A DNA stretch of 64,000 nucleotides, taken from the NCBI GenBank assembly GCA_964384025.1, contig CAYLJJ010000002.1, positions 130,189-194,188 of the forward strand, in the 5' to 3' direction. Source of the DNA: an uncultured Nannocystaceae bacterium. Lineage in GTDB: Bacteria; Myxococcota_A; Bradymonadia; UBA7976; UBA1532. The notes under the pieces were generated by a model that did not search any database, was not told the origin of the DNA, and worked only from the letters and a program-made list of their open reading frames with translations. Shown piece by piece: positions 60,268 to 64,000 of the stretch. Both the position numbers and the translations under genes were made by a program. Position 1 is the first letter of the stretch. Each line of letters opens with the position of its first letter.

Positions 60268-60975
60268 CTATTTGAGCACCTCACCATGAGGGAGATTCTC
60301 CCACAGCTCTGTCTGTTCAAAGTAGTCACGATCGATCGCCTTTGCCTCTCCCTGACGAGAGAACATCACCTCACTCAACATATCCAATAAGCCGTTCAAG
60401 TTTGTCTTTTCTGAAAGCTCTTCGATGACACGGTGACCCAATAACCCCATAACTTTGATCGTCACAGGGAGGACGTGCTCTGTCTTATCCTTGAAGCCGG
60501 TCATAAGCTCCTCACCGAAGGTCTCCTCATCCCAGTGTGAATATCGGGTACCTGAGCCATAATCGGTCTCGACGCGCATCGTCTGCAAGGCTGCCAGCTT
60601 GGTGATCGCCGCGTCTGTGAACTTCCCCGTCTCTGGATGGAACAGGCTCATCCATGCGTCCCAACCAAACCCAAGGGTATGTCCGATCTCATGAATGACT
60701 GTCCCTGCGATCTCATGCCCTGTAAAATCGGAGAGGTATTTTGTGTTGAACTCGACGACACCATAAACAACATCATCCCTCTTAAAGGGCTTGTAGGCTC
60801 TGGCGATCGTATTGCTCATCGCTGTAAAGACACCCAAGCGGATGACTACAGAAGAGCTGGGGATGATGTAGCGGTTCCAGAAATTGCACGCAGTTCGAGC
60901 AGCTCCTTTGAGTCGCCCATCCACATCACCGATGATCTTATAGGTGACCAAGTTATCAGCATTGAGTGTATCCAT
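60268..60975 (-). CDS. Cytoplasmic zincin-like metallopeptidase (HExxH; possible aspzincin-like third ligand in ETDYGSG), upstream of the AT-rich leader and RT
   Basis: GGAGG RBS; no signal peptide; VIHEIGHTLGFGWDAW plus downstream ETDYGSGTRYSHWDEE; GC about 49%, lower than the host. Confidence 0.6.
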   Translation of the reverse strand: MDTLNADNLVTYKIIGDVDGRLKGAARTACNFWNRYIIPSSSVVIRLGVFTAMSNTIARAYKPFKRDDVVYGVVEFNTKYLSDFTGHEIAGTVIHEIGHTLGFGWDAWMSLFHPETGKFTDAAITKLAALQTMRVETDYGSGTRYSHWDEETFGEELMTGFKDKTEHVLPVTIKVMGLLGHRVIEELSEKTNLNGLLDMLSEVMFSRQGEAKAIDRDYFEQTELWENLPHGEVLK

Positions 60976-61279
60976 CTGCTTGCCTCCATCTGCTCAACTG
61001 CTCAAGTTCGACCTATGCCTGGATCGAAAACCTAGGCAGCATGTATCACACCGTCAGAATCAATAGCTCAAACCAAAATCTTAGACAATAGCTTCGATAT
61101 GAAAAAGCTTCATAGACTCAAACTCCCCAGCAAAAAAGGATCTGTTTGAGACCCAAGATCTCAATGCTCTTATGGACGCTCATCATCGATCTGTGAATGA
61201 GCTACGCTGGACTTTTGCCATCTGAGCGGTTATGGAAATCTCCCCTCGCGATTGTGGGGCAAGCAGAAGGAGTAGGAAG

Positions 61280-61585
61280 ATGGCGGAGGCTCTAGAACAG
61301 AACATTCCTATCTTTGAGATGATCCAAGCTTTAAGGCAGGAGCTGCAAGCGTGTATCGAAGAAGGCAAAGGGCACCCTCTGAGATTTGAGCTGGGCGAGA
61401 TCGACTTAGAGCTTCAGGTTCAGGTCTCTAAGAAGAAGGCAGGAGGGCTTGATTTTAGCATCATCAAGGCGGGTATAGATCGGAGCGATATCACCACACA
61501 TATCTTTAGATTAAAGCTCAATCCGATTTTGGATGGAGATGATGGACCTATCCCAGTAAGTGATGAGGTCGTAGAACTGGATTAA
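61280..61585 (+). CDS. Small (101 aa) acidic protein translationally coupled to the trypsin-like protease gene; possible Trypco-type (trypsin-co-occurring) partner
   Basis: RBS GGAGTAGGAAG before the ATG at 61280 (the track's upstream Met at 61232 lacks an RBS); its stop lies 3 nt before the next start. Confidence 0.55.
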   Translation: MAEALEQNIPIFEMIQALRQELQACIEEGKGHPLRFELGEIDLELQVQVSKKKAGGLDFSIIKAGIDRSDITTHIFRLKLNPILDGDDGPIPVSDEVVELD

Positions 61586-61588
61586 GAT

Positions 61589-63865
61589 ATGTCCTATGAA
61601 GCGGAGCGCCTAGCTCAAATCCAAGGGAAGGGCTTTGGGACCGGCTATGACCTAGGGAATGGGCTTATCCTGACCGCCTGCCATGTGATCCAAGGGGTCA
61701 AATTTGGAGAGACTCCTCAGAGGGTTCAGGCCCGATTTCTCGATGAAGAGGGGCTAACCAACTGGCTTGAAGCTGATGAGGTCTGGTTCAGTCGCTCTCA
61801 AGATCTCTGGGTAGGCCGTATTCAGACAAGCAGAAAACTCACCTCGATAGAAAAACGTCCTCAGCACGATGGAATTGGGTTCACCATCGGTTTTCCAAGG
61901 ACCATCGCCGAAGGTGCTCGAAATCAAATCCGAGACACTCAGGGCTTGGATGTCAAGATCCAGTCAAAGGGGGGACATCGCTCCCAACGCATCCAGATCG
62001 ACTATCAAGGCGCAGCTCCACCTTCAGAAAACTGGGCGGGGCTCTCTGGAGGTCCTCTTTTCCTTGGAGATGATCTGGTCGGGGTTATCGTCAGTGTTCC
62101 TCCAAAGGCCGGTGGAGGGTTTTTATGGGCCAGCCCTCTTGACGAGATGATTAAGAACCTCCCTGTTCCCTATCATCCACCTGAATCAACCGTAGAAGGC
62201 AGGGTACCGCTCAAAATTAGACTAGAAATAGAGGGTAATCGTCTTTATGCTTACCATAGCCAGCCAAAATCGGGGAGTTTTTATAAAACTTGGAGTTCAT
62301 TAAGCGAAAGCAGGTCATTATTCACACGCTATAGCGATGGAAATGAGACTGAGGCGGATAAAGATCTGGCGTTTTCAATGCTATTTGGAGATGAATGCCA
62401 ACAAAGCAAAATTTTTCGTCATGTTTTCGGGAAAAAATTTGGCCCTGCTCCATCACCAGATCGTTACCCAATCGAACTTGATCTTATCATCTGTGATCTT
62501 GAGTTTCAGTCTTTTCCATGGACATCTTTATCTTGGAGAGGAAAGTTTATCGACAATTGGTGGATTCATGCACGATCAGGAGGAGAGAGAAGAAACATCA
62601 ACTTTCATATTCCATGTTCAGCTCTTTTGATCGGCTCTGATCTAGAAGATGTAAAGGAGCTTCTCTTAAGATACTGGCCAGTGGAAGAGAGCAAACTAAT
62701 CCAAAATGTCGAGAATTGGTCTCAAGTTGATCCGAAACGAAGATATCGGTTTATCTGGGACAAAACCGGAGAGAGCCCCCATAGGCTAAGGTATGAGCCT
62801 GAAATCCTAGTTAGAGACTCTATGCCACCATTGGTCAACTCTCCTTTGGGAGCAGCCTTCCGACTCCAGGCAGGTCGGAGATGTGAACACCATAAAATCT
62901 TGATGGATTGGCTCTATGCTTGGCTTGGAGAGAGCAATGATCCGACCCAAACTCTGAATATGCTCCCAAAAGCCCGAAGAGATCTGAGCTCTATTGGCAA
63001 ATATCAAAGTTGGAAGACAAGACGAACAGCGCGGAGGCGCCCTGTCAAAGATGCTCGATTGCGCCTAGATCGTTTCGCTGCGCGGAGTCAGGGAGGAGAG
63101 CATATTCGCGAGCTTGTCCAAAGCCCTGTACGCAAGTTAGAGATCCTCATCGGCTATGGCTCGCCGGGGAACCACGTTGACTTCTTTGGAAAGCAGCTCC
63201 GTGATCATGTGGCCTCCCAAGAGCGGATCCGTATCTGTCGAGATGAGCTGAGGTTTCCTGAGGCGCGAGGAGAGACGCTGACATCTGACACCTTTATGAG
63301 GAGCCTCCAGCGTGACCTGGAGAGCATGAAGATCGGCCCTGCTCTGCAACACAGGACACCCATCCCGAGCCGTCGTAGCGCTGCTGTATTGATGTTGGAT
63401 TTTGGTCGGATCGGGGAGGAGGAGGAACTCGATACTCGAGATGTTGGAGCCTGGATGGTCTTCTGTGCAGAGAAGCTTCTTCCTTTGGTCCCTGAGCAGT
63501 GCTGCTTTCTGGCTTATGTGGGAATTGAGACCGAGGCTTCACAGGAGACGGCTAGACCGTATATCGAGGATCTCTTTCCCAAAGGAAAAGAGGGTGCTCT
63601 GCACTGTGTTCTTTTGCCTGCCATCGGTCTAGTACCTAAGAGTGAGCTTCAGGATTTTATGAGAGAGCCCGACTTCTGCTCCTGTCCTGATGATTTAGTG
63701 GATGATATCGCCGCCCAACTTCATCAAGAGACAGGCGGAAACTACGAGAGGATCCTTAAGCGCCTAGAGAGAGCTGAACGTCGCTCTTGGAGCGAGTTAT
63801 ATGAGCGTATCAAGGATCAGCCTTCTCCTTCTCCAAGTCAGCTCAAGGCTGGGTTTAAACTATGA
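61589..63865 (+). CDS. Cytoplasmic trypsin-like (chymotrypsin-fold, S1-type) serine protease domain fused to a roughly 550-aa uncharacterised C-terminal region
   Basis: Catalytic His in GLILTACHVIQG, Ser in WAGLSGGPLFLGDDLVGVI (GDSGGP-like); no signal peptide; no P-loop found in the C-terminal part; GC about 47%. Confidence 0.7.
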   Translation: MSYEAERLAQIQGKGFGTGYDLGNGLILTACHVIQGVKFGETPQRVQARFLDEEGLTNWLEADEVWFSRSQDLWVGRIQTSRKLTSIEKRPQHDGIGFTIGFPRTIAEGARNQIRDTQGLDVKIQSKGGHRSQRIQIDYQGAAPPSENWAGLSGGPLFLGDDLVGVIVSVPPKAGGGFLWASPLDEMIKNLPVPYHPPESTVEGRVPLKIRLEIEGNRLYAYHSQPKSGSFYKTWSSLSESRSLFTRYSDGNETEADKDLAFSMLFGDECQQSKIFRHVFGKKFGPAPSPDRYPIELDLIICDLEFQSFPWTSLSWRGKFIDNWWIHARSGGERRNINFHIPCSALLIGSDLEDVKELLLRYWPVEESKLIQNVENWSQVDPKRRYRFIWDKTGESPHRLRYEPEILVRDSMPPLVNSPLGAAFRLQAGRRCEHHKILMDWLYAWLGESNDPTQTLNMLPKARRDLSSIGKYQSWKTRRTARRRPVKDARLRLDRFAARSQGGEHIRELVQSPVRKLEILIGYGSPGNHVDFFGKQLRDHVASQERIRICRDELRFPEARGETLTSDTFMRSLQRDLESMKIGPALQHRTPIPSRRSAAVLMLDFGRIGEEEELDTRDVGAWMVFCAEKLLPLVPEQCCFLAYVGIETEASQETARPYIEDLFPKGKEGALHCVLLPAIGLVPKSELQDFMREPDFCSCPDDLVDDIAAQLHQETGGNYERILKRLERAERRSWSELYERIKDQPSPSPSQLKAGFKL

Positions 63866-64000
63866 CCCTTCCATTTGATCTTCTAAAACATCGCGATGGA
63901 GAAGATATCGATAGAGATCCTGGAGCGACCCAGGCTCGACGCGATCAGCTAAAAGCCCGCAAGATCCCTCAAGATCTCTCCGACCTGAGCCTCTCAGCTC
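63862..64000 (+). CDS. 5' portion of a further gene overlapping the protease stop (ATGA), truncated by the window end
   Basis: ATG at 63862 overlapping the TGA; the frame stays open (MTLPFDLLKHRDGEDIDRDPGATQARRDQLKARKIPQDL...) to the window end. Confidence 0.4.
   Translation, partial: MTLPFDLLKHRDGEDIDRDPGATQARRDQLKARKIPQDLSDLSLSA

Noticed and set aside
57185-60975. Retron interpretation of the RT locus
   Set aside because: Retron RTs are about 300-400 aa with characteristic motifs adjacent to YADD. This RT is 826 aa with FMDD and large N- and C-terminal extensions. No msr/msd-like inverted repeats flanking a short region were evident by eye.
1-64000. CRISPR arrays, tRNA or rRNA genes
   Set aside because: All periodic short repeats fall inside long open reading frames (protein repeats). 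No repeat-spacer architecture and no tRNA-like T-arm motifs (GTTCRANYC) were seen in the intergenic regions.

Overview
This 64 kb window is from a GC-rich (about 55-60% GC) deltaproteobacterial-type genome, probably Myxococcota or a relative. The evidence for that placement is three secreted proteins with MYXO-CTERM-like tails, Myxococcus-type Cys-rich repeats, MopE-like DNDCDG metal-binding repeats, thrombospondin type 3 Ca-binding repeats, an FHA-sigma54 activator and an ECF sigma/anti-sigma pair.

Most of the window is core genome:
- Housekeeping genes: a tightly coupled hyp-mutY-xseA-xseB-tlyA operon, a carbon-nitrogen hydrolase, an M18 aminopeptidase and SppA.
- Very large repetitive cell-surface genes: a 5'-truncated giant protein built of (A-B-C)n modules extending to base 5684, a 1961-aa MopE-repeat lipoprotein, a 3191-aa TSP3-repeat protein, and two Cys-rich repeat lipoproteins.

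The most interesting region is the right end, about 57.1-64.0 kb:
- A large 826-aa standalone reverse transcriptase sits on the minus strand, with its RT core in the middle of the protein.
- It is preceded by a roughly 600-nt AT-rich non-coding leader that contrasts sharply with the host GC content, and by a cytoplasmic HExxH zincin peptidase gene.
- A divergent operon encodes a roughly 100-aa protein translationally coupled to a 758-aa cytoplasmic trypsin-like serine protease with a long uncharacterised C-terminal region, followed by a further overlapping gene cut off by the window edge.
- The peptidase and protease genes are visibly lower in GC than the rest of the window.
- A 13-bp direct repeat brackets the 3' end of the RT gene.

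Together this looks like an accessory, defense-island-like locus. It may be a previously undescribed RT-associated system, in the spirit of Abi, UG or DRT systems. The RT could instead be a domesticated rvt-like gene. No rRNA, tRNA or CRISPR was seen.
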